Positions 9,182-19,040 are shown, numbered from the stretch's first letter. The stretch is 64,000 bases of DNA from an uncultured delta proteobacterium (GCA_963845145.1 CAWJQU010000005.1:256001-320000); one strand, 5' to 3'. The notes: generated from the sequence alone by a model not told the origin. Made by a program: numbers and translations.

Positions 9182-12181
9182 ATGAAACGCCGAAATTTCC
9201 TTAAACTTGCCGGAATGGGCAGCCTGTCTTTCGCCGCATCAGCCTGTACGGCTGAACCGGACCGAACCATATTTTCACTGGTTAAGGCGCCGGCCGACAT
9301 GGTCACCGGCGTTCCTAACTGGTATGCCTCCACCTGCCGGGAATGTCCCGCGGGGTGCGGGATTATTGCTAAAAACCGGGAAGGCCGAGTCATTAAGGTG
9401 GAGGGCAATCCGCTTCATCCCATCAATCGCGGTAAATTATGCCTGAGGGGCCAGGCCGCGGTCCAGGGGCTCTACCATCCGGACCGGCTCAAAACCCCAA
9501 TGTTGAAAACCAACGGGCGGTGGAAGCCGCTCTCTTACGCCGAAGCCCATGTTCTGCTTCAGGAAAAAGCGGCACAAGCCGTCGCCAGGGGGCGCGACAA
9601 TGTCCGGTTATTGACGGAATTGGTCGGCGATAGCTTAATGGCGCTGTTTAAGCGCTGCCTCACCGAACTAAACGCCGGCGACCCCTTGGTCTTTGAACCC
9701 CTGGCGTACGAATCACTCAAAACAGCCAATCGGGAAGTGTTTGGAATCGACGGCCTCCCGACTTACCGCATCGATCAGGCCGACTGCCTGGTCTCTTTCG
9801 GCGCTGATTTTCTGGAAACCTGGCTCTCTCCGGTGGAATACGCACGGCAATTCAAAGCCATGCATGCCGCCAAAGGAGGCACAAAGGGGTTGTTTTTCCA
9901 TATTAGTGCCCATCAATCCCTTACGGGTGCCAACGCCGATCGTTGGGTGTCTTGTGATCCGGGCCAGGAAGCCGTCGTTGCCCATGGGTTGATCAATGCC
10001 GCTCTTGAACAAGGCCGAGGGTTCCATCTGCCCCAATCTTTACGCCAATCTTTACGAGACGCCACCGATGCCTACACCGGCGAGACAACGGCCCGTATGG
10101 CCGGTATGGATCCAGCTGATTTCGAAGCCGTAAAATCACACCTTTTAAAAGCCCAGGCACCATTGGTTCTGGGCGCCGGTACCGGAAAGGGTACCTTTGA
10201 AGCTGATCTGGCGGCCAATTTGTTGAACCTTGTTCTGGACCCGAATCTCAAGAATATAGATTTTGACCATCGGCATCGGGTGGAACTTGCGGCCCGGCGC
10301 ACTCAGGTTCAACAGTTTTTCAACGCTTTGGATACGGATGATGTGCGCTTGCTGTTGATTAACAATGCCAATCCCGTCTACGCGTTGCCACCGGAAAGCG
10401 GTATCGGCAAAGCCCTGGACGACGACCGACTGTTTGTCGCCGCTTTTTCGAATTTCATGGACGAAACCGCCGCCCGGGCCGATCTTGTTTTTCCGGTGAG
10501 CCTCCCCCTGGAATCCTGGGATGAATTCAGCGGTAAAACCGGAGGAATCTCCCTGCTTCAGCCCGCTATGGGAAAGTGGCGGGAAGCGCCGGCCGTGGGC
10601 GATGTGATGATAAAAATTGCCTTAACAAAAGACGGTTCCGCATCTGATTCTAAAACCGGTTCTAAAGCCGGTAATAAAACCGATTATAAAACCCAGTATA
10701 AAACCTGGATGATGGAACAACTCCATTTAAAAGGGATCGTTCGGGAAAAACGTCAATGGCTCCAGGCGGTTCAAGGCGGAGGCGTGTTCGCCGAAATTCC
10801 AGCTGAAACGACTATCCGGCCCCGGTTAATGGAAAATTTCGCGGGATTGCGAAAAATAGTGGCAAATATCGGTGAAGCAAAACCGGCTCAACCGGTGTTT
10901 ATCGCGATGCCTTCCATTCGGTTTTTTGATGGTAGGGGCGCCAACCGGCCCTGGTTGTGTGAAATTCCGGACCCGTTGACCAAAGTCGCCTGGCAGACCC
11001 CGGTGCTCGGTCATCCGGAGACAGCCGCATCGGTCGGGGCCGAGCATGGCGATATTGTCACTATCCAAACCGATCATGGGCGGGCCGAGGCCATTTTTTA
11101 CGCGACAGAAAAGGTAAAACCCGGCCTGTTGATCATGGCCATGGGACAAGGCCATACCCATTTTGGCCGCTATGCCGAAAACGTCGGCATCAACCCTTTT
11201 ACCCTGTTGTCGTCCAATATCGATGAGGCTACAGGCGGGCCGCTGTTTTCCGCATCGATCACCGCCTTAGCGGTCAATGGCAAGCATATGCCCCTGGCCC
11301 ATACCGACGGCAGCCGAATCCAGCATGGGCGTAAGATCGCCCTTTCCATAACTTTGGATGAATTAAATCATAAGCCGGACGACAGTCACGGGCATGAAAC
11401 CTCATTGACCATGGAGGGCTTCCCCTTTACCTTACCCTTGCCCGAAGGTTACGACCCTAAACGGGATTTTTATCCGGCCCACAAACACGACACCTACCGA
11501 TGGGCCATGGTCGTGGATTTGGATAAATGCATCGGTTGTTCGGCGTGCGCGGCGGCCTGTTACGCCGAGAATAATATCGCCATTGTGGGTAAGGATCGGA
11601 TTCTCGAAGGCCGCGAAATGTCCTGGCTGCGGGTGGAACGGTATCTCGACCCGGACGATTCCAATAAAACCACTTTCTTCCCCATGATGTGCCAGCATTG
11701 CGACAATGCTCCCTGCGAGCCGGTTTGCCCTGTGTACGCCCCCCATCATTCCGACGAAGGGCTGAACAATCAGATCTATAACCGTTGTATCGGCACCCGC
11801 TTTTGTTCCCAGAATTGTCCCTATAAAGTGAGGCGTTTCAACTTCTTCGAGTATGAATGGCCCGCACCCATGAACCTTCAGCTAAATCCCGACGTGACGG
11901 TGCGCAGCAAGGGTGTCATGGAAAAGTGCTCCTTTTGTGTTCAGCGCATCAAGGTGGCCCATGGTGTGGCCAAAGACGAAAAAAGAGAGATAAAAGATGG
12001 AGAAGTGGTGCCGGCCTGCGTTCAGACCTGCCCTACGGATGCCCTGACTTTTGGGAATCTGGTGGATGTCAACAGCCGGGTGCGAATGCTGACCCAGGAT
12101 ACCCGAGCCTACCAGGCTATGGGGTATCTGAATACCAAGCCGGCCGTAATTTACCTCAAAAAAGTGACGCAGAAAACGTGA
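9182..12181 (+). CDS. actB: Alternative complex III subunit ActB (molybdopterin-oxidoreductase-like domain fused to Fe-S domain), Tat-exported
   Basis: MKRRNFLK Tat signal with lipobox-like ASAC; CRECPAGC...C; C-terminal CIGCSACAAAC, CQHCDNAPC, CIGTRFCSQNCPY, EKCSFCVQR. Confidence 0.9.
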   Translation: MKRRNFLKLAGMGSLSFAASACTAEPDRTIFSLVKAPADMVTGVPNWYASTCRECPAGCGIIAKNREGRVIKVEGNPLHPINRGKLCLRGQAAVQGLYHPDRLKTPMLKTNGRWKPLSYAEAHVLLQEKAAQAVARGRDNVRLLTELVGDSLMALFKRCLTELNAGDPLVFEPLAYESLKTANREVFGIDGLPTYRIDQADCLVSFGADFLETWLSPVEYARQFKAMHAAKGGTKGLFFHISAHQSLTGANADRWVSCDPGQEAVVAHGLINAALEQGRGFHLPQSLRQSLRDATDAYTGETTARMAGMDPADFEAVKSHLLKAQAPLVLGAGTGKGTFEADLAANLLNLVLDPNLKNIDFDHRHRVELAARRTQVQQFFNALDTDDVRLLLINNANPVYALPPESGIGKALDDDRLFVAAFSNFMDETAARADLVFPVSLPLESWDEFSGKTGGISLLQPAMGKWREAPAVGDVMIKIALTKDGSASDSKTGSKAGNKTDYKTQYKTWMMEQLHLKGIVREKRQWLQAVQGGGVFAEIPAETTIRPRLMENFAGLRKIVANIGEAKPAQPVFIAMPSIRFFDGRGANRPWLCEIPDPLTKVAWQTPVLGHPETAASVGAEHGDIVTIQTDHGRAEAIFYATEKVKPGLLIMAMGQGHTHFGRYAENVGINPFTLLSSNIDEATGGPLFSASITALAVNGKHMPLAHTDGSRIQHGRKIALSITLDELNHKPDDSHGHETSLTMEGFPFTLPLPEGYDPKRDFYPAHKHDTYRWAMVVDLDKCIGCSACAAACYAENNIAIVGKDRILEGREMSWLRVERYLDPDDSNKTTFFPMMCQHCDNAPCEPVCPVYAPHHSDEGLNNQIYNRCIGTRFCSQNCPYKVRRFNFFEYEWPAPMNLQLNPDVTVRSKGVMEKCSFCVQRIKVAHGVAKDEKREIKDGEVVPACVQTCPTDALTFGNLVDVNSRVRMLTQDTRAYQAMGYLNTKPAVIYLKKVTQKT
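10649..10705 (+). repeat. Degenerate 12-bp in-frame tandem repeat inside actB
   Basis: TCTAAAACCGGT TCTAAAGCCGGT AATAAAACCGAT TATAAAACCCAG TATAAAACC, encoding SKTG-SKAG-NKTD-YKTQ-YKT. Confidence 0.7.
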
Positions 12182-12182
12182 T

Positions 12183-13499
12183 ATGTCTCAATTGACTTTC
12201 GCCAAAATCGATCAAACCGTCCTGGACACCCTGCGTCCGGCCACACGGGTGTATTGGTATACGGTGGCGTTACTGGCCACCGGAATCCTGGGCGGGCTGG
12301 CCTGCTGGATCTACCAGATTTTTGTCGGGATCGGTGTCGGCGGCCAAAACAATCCGGTGGCCTGGGGTACCTATCTGATTAATTTCGTCTTCTGGGTCGG
12401 TATTGCCCATTCGGGCACCCTGATTTCAGCTATTTTACATCTGTTTCATGCCGGCTGGCGCAATCCCATTGCCCGGGCCGCGGAGACCATGACCGTTTTC
12501 GCCGTTTGTACGGCCGGGCTGTTTCCTTTTGTTCACCTGGGTCGGGCCTGGATGGTCTATTACATGCTTCCCTATCCCAATGCGCGCACCTTGTGGCCCA
12601 ACTTTCAATCACCCCTCATGTTTGACGTGGTGGCCATCAGCACCTACCTGACCGTCAGTTCGCTTTTCTGGTATACCGGCTTGTTGCCCGATCTGGCCAC
12701 GGTGCGGGATCGATCCACCGGACGGCGAAAAAAAATCTTTACCATTCTCTCCATGGGCTGGACCGGAAAGATGGAACAGTGGCGCCACTACACGCGGGGA
12801 TATCTTTTCTTCGCCGCTTTGGCCACACCTTTGGTCATTTCCGTCCACAGCGTCGTCTCCTGGGATTTTGCCCTGGGCGTCGTACCCGGTTGGCACACCA
12901 CCATCTTTGCCCCTTATTTTGTGGCCGGGGCCATTCATTCGGGGTTGGCCATGGTGTTGACCCTCATGATTCCCTTACGCAAAATGTTCCATTATGAAGA
13001 TATCATTACGATGGAAGTGCTCGAAAATGTAGCCAAAACCATTATCTTGACCGGACTGATTGTCGGATTTGCCTACTTTACCGAGTTTTTTATCGCCTGG
13101 TACAGCCACAACAGTGTGGAGATCGCCATCTTCAAATGGCGGGCCCTGGGCCACTACAAGGTCGGATTTTGGATCATGGTGATTTGTAATACCATCATTC
13201 CGCTGCTGCTATTTGTGAAACCAATTCGACGATCAATTATCTGGCTCTTTATCATTTCGATTTTTATCAATATCGGTATGTGGTTCGAACGATTCGTCAT
13301 CATCATCACCAGTGTGGCCCGTGATTTTATTCCCCACGCCTGGGGACTCTACTGGCCCACAATCATCGAGTTCGGTATCATGGTGGGTAGTTTCTGCCTT
13401 TTCTTTTTTCTGTTTGTTTTGTTTGTCAAGCACATGCCCTCGGTATCCATGACGGAAAACAAAGAGATGCTGGCAGAGAAGGAGAGCCATGGGAACTGA
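12183..13499 (+). CDS. actC: Alternative complex III subunit ActC (NrfD/PsrC family)
   Basis: NFVFWVGIAHSGTLISAIL, HLGR, PNFQSPL, VHSVVSWDFA, GWHTTIF, WFERF. Confidence 0.93.
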   Translation: MSQLTFAKIDQTVLDTLRPATRVYWYTVALLATGILGGLACWIYQIFVGIGVGGQNNPVAWGTYLINFVFWVGIAHSGTLISAILHLFHAGWRNPIARAAETMTVFAVCTAGLFPFVHLGRAWMVYYMLPYPNARTLWPNFQSPLMFDVVAISTYLTVSSLFWYTGLLPDLATVRDRSTGRRKKIFTILSMGWTGKMEQWRHYTRGYLFFAALATPLVISVHSVVSWDFALGVVPGWHTTIFAPYFVAGAIHSGLAMVLTLMIPLRKMFHYEDIITMEVLENVAKTIILTGLIVGFAYFTEFFIAWYSHNSVEIAIFKWRALGHYKVGFWIMVICNTIIPLLLFVKPIRRSIIWLFIISIFINIGMWFERFVIIITSVARDFIPHAWGLYWPTIIEFGIMVGSFCLFFFLFVLFVKHMPSVSMTENKEMLAEKESHGN

Positions 13500-13998
13500 A
13501 TATCAGATCATGGGGTTGTTTACCGATGAAGAACGGGCGGCCTCGGCAATTAAGGCCCTCTCTGAAACGTCGTGGCGGTTGAAACAGGTGCACAGTCCCA
13601 TTCCAAGCCACAAGCTTTCCGAAGCGTTGAATCTGAAAAAGAGCAAAGTGGGCTATTTTACCCTGATTGGCGGCATTATCGGATTTTTTTCGGGATTTGC
13701 CCTGGCCATGTTCACATCGGCCAGGTGGGACCTGATTGTGGGCGGCAAGCCGGTGATGGCCTATGTGCCTTTTGTGATTGTGGGCTTTGAATTCACCATT
13801 TTATTTGCCGTTTTCGGTAATGTTATCGGCCTGTTGACACAGGGCGGCTTGCCCGACTTTAAAGGGTTGGATGTGTATGATTCCCGATGCTCGGGTGATC
13901 ATTATGGCGTGGTGGCCGCTTGCCCCGCAGCAGAAAAAAGTGAATTAATATCATATTTCGAGGACAAGGGCGGGGTCACGCGCGTGTTTGATACGTGA
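13489..13998 (+). CDS. actD: Alternative complex III subunit ActD (DUF3341)
   Basis: HSPIPSH, two TM helices, VGGKP...FEFTILF; overlaps the actC stop. Confidence 0.88.
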   Translation: MGTEYQIMGLFTDEERAASAIKALSETSWRLKQVHSPIPSHKLSEALNLKKSKVGYFTLIGGIIGFFSGFALAMFTSARWDLIVGGKPVMAYVPFVIVGFEFTILFAVFGNVIGLLTQGGLPDFKGLDVYDSRCSGDHYGVVAACPAAEKSELISYFEDKGGVTRVFDT

Positions 13999-14046
13999 TG
14001 CGGTCAGCGAGACGGCTGACGATGTGGCACCCATAGGTTCAAAAGG

Positions 14047-14173
14047 GATGGCAAAGTAATAAAGGCCAAGTTCAAGGCGTCGCGAATCCCGTGTGATGAG
14101 GCGTACTTATCGTACGCCGCAATCACGACGGGATGAAGCGCAACGCAGTAATTGGGCTTTTTACGAAGCCATC
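14047..14173. repeat. ~127-bp long imperfect palindrome (REP/MITE-like element) between actD and actF
   Basis: GATGGC...GCCATC ends; inner arms ATCCCG/CGGGAT, GTGAT/ATCAC, GGCGTAC/GTACGCC. Confidence 0.8.
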
Positions 14174-14205
14174 AAGAATACGTTGCAAATGAGCTCAGAC
14201 ATTAG

Positions 14206-15399
14206 ATGTTAACGTTGAAAAACAGACGTTTGGTCATTTTCGGAGTCGCCCTGATTGCTTTGGGGTTTCTGGCCTTTATTATCCAGGCCGCCGGAAGCCA
14301 TCCCGAGCGAGCCTGGCAGGCCTATCTGATCAACTTTCTGCTCTGGTCGGCCATTGCCCAGGGGGGGCTGCTATTCTCAGTGGTCATGCACCTCACCAAG
14401 GCCAAGTGGAGCGGCCCGCTGGAGAGCCTGTCCGAGGTCTTTGCCGCTTTTTTTCCCGTCTCCTTCGGATTGTTTATTATCTTGTTTTTAGGAAAAGCCT
14501 ATATCTTTCCCTGGCTGCAGATGGACCTCCACGGCAAGGAAGTGTGGCTCAATGTGCCTTTTTTGTTTATCCGGGACGGCATTGCCTTGCTGATTTTGTA
14601 CGGTTTGGGGTTTGGCTATCTTTTTAATGCGCTGCAATTAAAAACCGACCCATCCACAACCGGCGGCCGGTTGCGCACCTTCCTCGATCAAAAAATGGGC
14701 GACCGCAGGGATATCGAACGAATCCGACAACGGATGAGTGTCTTTAGCGTGCTGTACGCCCTGGCCTTTACCGGGGTGCTTTCCCTGATCGGTTACGATC
14801 TGGTGATGGCGCTGGATCCTCACTGGGTCTCGACCCTTTTCGGGGCGTACCAGTTCGTCAAGGCGTTTTACGTGGGACTCGGGGGGCTGATTATTCTTGC
14901 TTCCGTTCTGTACCTTTCCCAGGGCGATTCAACGGGATTGACAAAAACCCATTTTCACAACCTGGGCAAGCTATTCTTCGCTTTTTGCCTTTTGTGGGCC
15001 GATTTCTTTTATGTTCAGCTGGTGGTTATCTGGTATGGCAATATTCCCGAAGAGACCGCCTATGTGATTGCACGCACCATGGCATCACCCTGGTCGGCCC
15101 TGGCCTGGACGGTTTTTATCGTTGCCTTTGTCATGCCTTTTTTCATTTTGCTGAACAAAAACGTGAAAACCAAGCCCAGGTTCATGATGATCCTGGCCGC
15201 CGTCATTCTGGTGGGCATCTGGCTTGAGCACCTGCTGCTTGTCGGTCCGGCACTCAACCACGGCACCCATAGCCTGCCCTTGGGAATATGGGACGGTTTG
15301 ATAACCCTAGGTTTTTTGGGATTAATGATCCTGGCGATTGTCTATTTCTTTGATGAATATCCGGAGTTGAAACGGTTTCGACCGGTGGAAGAAAAATGA
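14206..15399 (+). CDS. actF: Alternative complex III membrane subunit ActF
   Basis: About 10 TM helices; MALDPHWVSTLFG, HNLGKLFFAF, QLVVIWYGNIPEE. Confidence 0.88.
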   Translation: MLTLKNRRLVIFGVALIALGFLAFIIQAAGSHPERAWQAYLINFLLWSAIAQGGLLFSVVMHLTKAKWSGPLESLSEVFAAFFPVSFGLFIILFLGKAYIFPWLQMDLHGKEVWLNVPFLFIRDGIALLILYGLGFGYLFNALQLKTDPSTTGGRLRTFLDQKMGDRRDIERIRQRMSVFSVLYALAFTGVLSLIGYDLVMALDPHWVSTLFGAYQFVKAFYVGLGGLIILASVLYLSQGDSTGLTKTHFHNLGKLFFAFCLLWADFFYVQLVVIWYGNIPEETAYVIARTMASPWSALAWTVFIVAFVMPFFILLNKNVKTKPRFMMILAAVILVGIWLEHLLLVGPALNHGTHSLPLGIWDGLITLGFLGLMILAIVYFFDEYPELKRFRPVEEK

Positions 15400-15947
15400 G
15401 TGTAACGACCAACAAAAACAGCCCCGATAAAAAAAGAGCCAAAAACGCCCAACTCATTTTCTGGGTGGGATTGATGGTCGTCTTTGGCATCGGGTTTCTT
15501 TTCTATTTTTATTTTCCCCCGTCGGCCGATATCGGCGCGGCCCAACCCATTGCTTTCAGTCACCGGGTCCATGCAGGTATCAAGGAAATCCAGTGCCAGT
15601 TTTGCCATTCCTATGTTGATCGATCTATCCATCCGGGGATTCCGCCCGTGGAGAAATGTTTATATTGCCACAAATATATTATTGCCAATCACCCTGAAAT
15701 TCAAAAAGAACATCAATATTTCAACACCGGCACACCCACACCGTGGAAAAAGGTGAATTATCTACCGGAGCATGTATTTTTCAATCACCAACGCCATATT
15801 AAGAAAGAACTTGGCTGTCAGGAATGCCACGGCCAAATTGAAACGATGGATCGCATCAAAGGCGAACGATTTAAAATGGCTTTTTGTATTGCATGTCACC
15901 GGGAGAAAAAAGCCAATCTGGACTGTTGGACGGCGTGCCACAATTAG
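15396..15947 (+). CDS. actA: Alternative complex III membrane-anchored pentaheme cytochrome c ActA
   Basis: One TM helix, QPIAFSHRVHAG, CQFCH, CLYCH, CQECH, CIACH and terminal CWTACH. Confidence 0.88.
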   Translation: MSVTTNKNSPDKKRAKNAQLIFWVGLMVVFGIGFLFYFYFPPSADIGAAQPIAFSHRVHAGIKEIQCQFCHSYVDRSIHPGIPPVEKCLYCHKYIIANHPEIQKEHQYFNTGTPTPWKKVNYLPEHVFFNHQRHIKKELGCQECHGQIETMDRIKGERFKMAFCIACHREKKANLDCWTACHN

Positions 15948-15999
15948 CGTGGGATCACCATTGCAATTATCATTAAAGTAAAAAGGAGCACCCCATACA

Positions 16000-17373
16000 T
16001 TGACCGAGTCACCCGACACAGACATTCACGCTTACACCACCGCCAAGGGCTTCACCCTGACATCGGCATGCTGGATGATCGTGGGTACCTTAATGGGGTT
16101 GATCGGTGCCACAGAACTGATGGCGCCCGATTTGACGGAGAATATCGGGTGGCTTGTTTTCGGTCGTATTCGACCGGTGCATATCAACATTGTGCTCTTT
16201 GGATTTTTGACCCCGGGGCTGCTCGGTGCCGCTTTTTACTATGTGCCGCGACTTTTGCGAACCGAACTCTACAGCGAAAAATTGGGCGTCTTTACGGTGA
16301 TCGCCTGGAACCTGACCCTGGTGGCCGTGGTGGTCAGCCTTTGCCTGGGATATACGCAAGGTCGGGAATACGCCGAGATGATCTGGCCTATCGATGTGAT
16401 GGTGGTGGTGGCCTTTGCCCTGGTATTTGTCAACTTGGTGATGACCGTTAAAAACCGCCAGGAACCCGTCTTGTATGTTTCCGTCTGGTACGTGCTGGCC
16501 GGTGTGATCTTGACCGCCACCACCTACTCACTGGGCAATGTCATTTGGCGGCCAAACAGCGGTGCCTTGGTGGGTATTCCTGATGCAATCTTACTATGGT
16601 TTTACGGCCACAATGTTTTTGGCCTTCTGCTGACGCCTTTGGCGGCCGGCGTCACCTATTTTGTTATACCGCGTGTATGTCGGGCGCCCCTGTACAGCCA
16701 CACCCTTTCGCTTTTGGGTTTCTGGGCTTTGCTCGTGGTGTACACGCATATCGGTACCCATCATCTTTTACAGGTGCCCGTGCCGACCTGGTTGAAGGTC
16801 ATTGCCATTGTAGACAGCATCGCCATGGTTATTCCGGTCATGGCCTTTTTAGTCAATATCTGGTTCACCGCCAAGGGCCGGTTAGGGGAGATTCACGCTG
16901 ATATCGGCGGTAAGTTCGTCTTTACCGGCACCATCATGTACTTCTTTGTCAGCATTCAGGGGTCCATGATGTCACTGCCGGATGTTCAACGTGTGACCCA
17001 TTTCAACAACTGGGTTGTCGGGCATGCCCATATCGGTGTTTTGGGCTTTGCCGGAATGATCGCCTTGGGCGGGATTTACTATGTCTTGCCCTATATTACC
17101 CGCAAGCCATTGTACAGCCGGTTGCTGGCCGATTTGCAATACTGGCTGGTCTTAATCGGCGTGGTCGGTTTTACCGTGGTGCTGACGATTGCCGGTTTGA
17201 TCCAGGGCAATGCCTGGTTAAACGGGGAAGTGGTCTATCGAATTTTGCCGCAAATTCACCCGTATTATGTCACGCGCGCTTCTCTGGGCTTGATGCTGTT
17301 TGTATCGGCCCTGATCGGCGCGTTTAATATTATAGCCACCTTTATTTATAACGATAAAAAAGCAGTCTCATGA
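16000..17373 (+). CDS. ccoN: cbb3-type (C-family) heme-copper oxidase catalytic subunit
   Basis: GRIRPVH, GREYAE, WFYGHN, YTHIGTHH, WVVGHAH: all six His ligands plus the helix VII Tyr; TTG start after AGGAG. Confidence 0.9.
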   Translation: MTESPDTDIHAYTTAKGFTLTSACWMIVGTLMGLIGATELMAPDLTENIGWLVFGRIRPVHINIVLFGFLTPGLLGAAFYYVPRLLRTELYSEKLGVFTVIAWNLTLVAVVVSLCLGYTQGREYAEMIWPIDVMVVVAFALVFVNLVMTVKNRQEPVLYVSVWYVLAGVILTATTYSLGNVIWRPNSGALVGIPDAILLWFYGHNVFGLLLTPLAAGVTYFVIPRVCRAPLYSHTLSLLGFWALLVVYTHIGTHHLLQVPVPTWLKVIAIVDSIAMVIPVMAFLVNIWFTAKGRLGEIHADIGGKFVFTGTIMYFFVSIQGSMMSLPDVQRVTHFNNWVVGHAHIGVLGFAGMIALGGIYYVLPYITRKPLYSRLLADLQYWLVLIGVVGFTVVLTIAGLIQGNAWLNGEVVYRILPQIHPYYVTRASLGLMLFVSALIGAFNIIATFIYNDKKAVS

Positions 17374-18305
17374 AGATGACCTACAAAGCGGTGATTTTCG
17401 GCAGCTTGACGATATTGGCCGCCGTGGTGTTTGCCGTCATCATTTTACCTTACGTCCATACCAATAAAACCACCCCGTCGGATATCTATCGGCTTCGATC
17501 CGATACCGAAGCCGCCGGTCGAAAACTTTACATCGCCAATGGTTGTGTCTATTGCCACACCCAATCGGTTCGGGTGGTAGACTGGGGGTTGGGGGCGGAG
17601 AGAATCGCTCAAGCCGGCGATTATCTCCAGGACCATCCCATTCTGCTCGGTTCCCAACGTACCGGCCCGGATCTTTCCCAGGCGGGGGGAGAACATCCCG
17701 ATGATTGGCATAACGCCCATTTCGTCAACCCCAGATACACGCGCCCCCTTTCCATTATGCCGGCATTTGCCTATCTGGGTCAGGAAAACATGGGAAGGTT
17801 GACCCAATATGTGCAGGGCCTGGGGTTTAAAGCTGCCGATGCGCGTATGAAGCGCCAGGCCTTTTGGAAAAAAGAGGCCACCAAAGCCTATGAAGCCGGA
17901 CCTGAAGCCAACGTTAAATGGTTGCACGACGTTGTACCCGCTGGATGGCGTAACATTCCCAACCCGTATCCGACCAGTGAGGCCGGGTTGGCCCGCGGTC
18001 ACAAAATCTATCAGGACTTTTGTTTCGGTTGTCACGGCCCCATCGGAGACGGTATGGGTCCCGCCCAGCCTTACATCTATCCACCGCCCCTGAATTTTAC
18101 CATTTTAAAGGATCGGGGCGTCAGCGGTGGGATTTTGTATTATCAGATCATGAACGGTATCACCGGTACGGCCATGCCCTATTTTAAGCGTGAATTGGAG
18201 TCGGAAAAGATCTGGGATGTGGGCAATTACGTTGCCGTCTATTTTATCAACCAAAGCGACGCCAATGCCGACCCCAAAGGGATCGATGCGGCGTATGAGC
18301 CTTAA
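17370..18305 (+). CDS. ccoO: cbb3-type oxidase subunit II fused to a second cytochrome c domain
   Basis: GCVYCHTQ, LLGSQRTGPDL, SIMPAF; second heme CFGCH...TAMPYF. Confidence 0.88.
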   Translation: MKMTYKAVIFGSLTILAAVVFAVIILPYVHTNKTTPSDIYRLRSDTEAAGRKLYIANGCVYCHTQSVRVVDWGLGAERIAQAGDYLQDHPILLGSQRTGPDLSQAGGEHPDDWHNAHFVNPRYTRPLSIMPAFAYLGQENMGRLTQYVQGLGFKAADARMKRQAFWKKEATKAYEAGPEANVKWLHDVVPAGWRNIPNPYPTSEAGLARGHKIYQDFCFGCHGPIGDGMGPAQPYIYPPPLNFTILKDRGVSGGILYYQIMNGITGTAMPYFKRELESEKIWDVGNYVAVYFINQSDANADPKGIDAAYEP

Positions 18306-18314
18306 GGGAAAGGG

Positions 18315-18475
18315 TTTGTGGGTTCATTGGGTTTATTGAGTTTGTTGGGTTGGTAGGGTTTGTTGAGTTCATTAAGCCCAATAAACCCAAAGAACCCAAT
18401 GAACTCAAAGAACTCAAAGAACTCTATTAACTCAATGAACCCAATAAACTCAACGAACTCTATTAACTCAATAAA
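18315..18475. repeat. Inverted arrays of a 9-bp tandem repeat
   Basis: Six full units plus one partial of TTYRTTGRG-like sequence (18315-18376) abut 11 units of the complementary CYCAAWRAA-like sequence (18377-18475). Confidence 0.9.
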
Positions 18476-18481
18476 CTAATT

Positions 18482-18742
18482 ATGTATTTTCCTTACTTCA
18501 TCAGTTATATTTCAGCTGGATTCGCTATCAGTATTGTGGTTTTTATCTGGGCCTATAACACCGGCCAATTTAGAAACCAGCAGCGGGCGCGGTTTTTACC
18601 GCTGACGGAGGATTTAAAACTATCCGCGGTTAAATCATCCAAACTCAGTCGTTTGGAAACATACGCCCTTTTTTTTCTGGCCATCGCAGGTTTGAGCGCC
18701 AGTGCCGCCGTGTTGATTTTTGCCCTGATAACCGGCCGATGA
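18482..18742 (+). CDS. ccoS: CcoS/FixS-like cbb3 oxidase assembly protein
   Basis: TM helix followed by FIWAYNTGQF, the FixS-type motif; directly after ccoNO. Confidence 0.7.
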   Translation: MYFPYFISYISAGFAISIVVFIWAYNTGQFRNQQRARFLPLTEDLKLSAVKSSKLSRLETYALFFLAIAGLSASAAVLIFALITGR

Positions 18743-18764
18743 AGGGCGCCGAAAAGGATTTATC

Positions 18765-19040
18765 ATGCGCTATTATGAACTATTAAATTTTCAACATATC
18801 ATGATCTGGTTTTTCCCGACCCTGGCTTTTATTATTCTTCTCGGGTTGTTTTTGGGAAAAAACTACTTTTTTACCCGTCAATCGGAAAGGCGGATGACCG
18901 AAATCAGCTACCGCTTCCCCGAAGGAATTGAGGATCGCAATGCGCCGTTTCCCCTGGCCATGGCACTGGTTATTGTGGGGGCTGTCCTTTGGGGTTTTTT
19001 TTATATCCTTTTTATCGGCCTGTCAGGAGTTAAAATCTAA
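18765..19040 (+). CDS. Small two-TM membrane protein of unknown function in the cco/act cluster
   Basis: AAGGA RBS, two hydrophobic segments, operonic spacing. Confidence 0.75.
   Translation: MRYYELLNFQHIMIWFFPTLAFIILLGLFLGKNYFFTRQSERRMTEISYRFPEGIEDRNAPFPLAMALVIVGAVLWGFFYILFIGLSGVKI

Noticed and set aside
18315..18475. Possible CRISPR array
   Set aside because: Units are 9 bp with no unique spacers, and no cas genes are present
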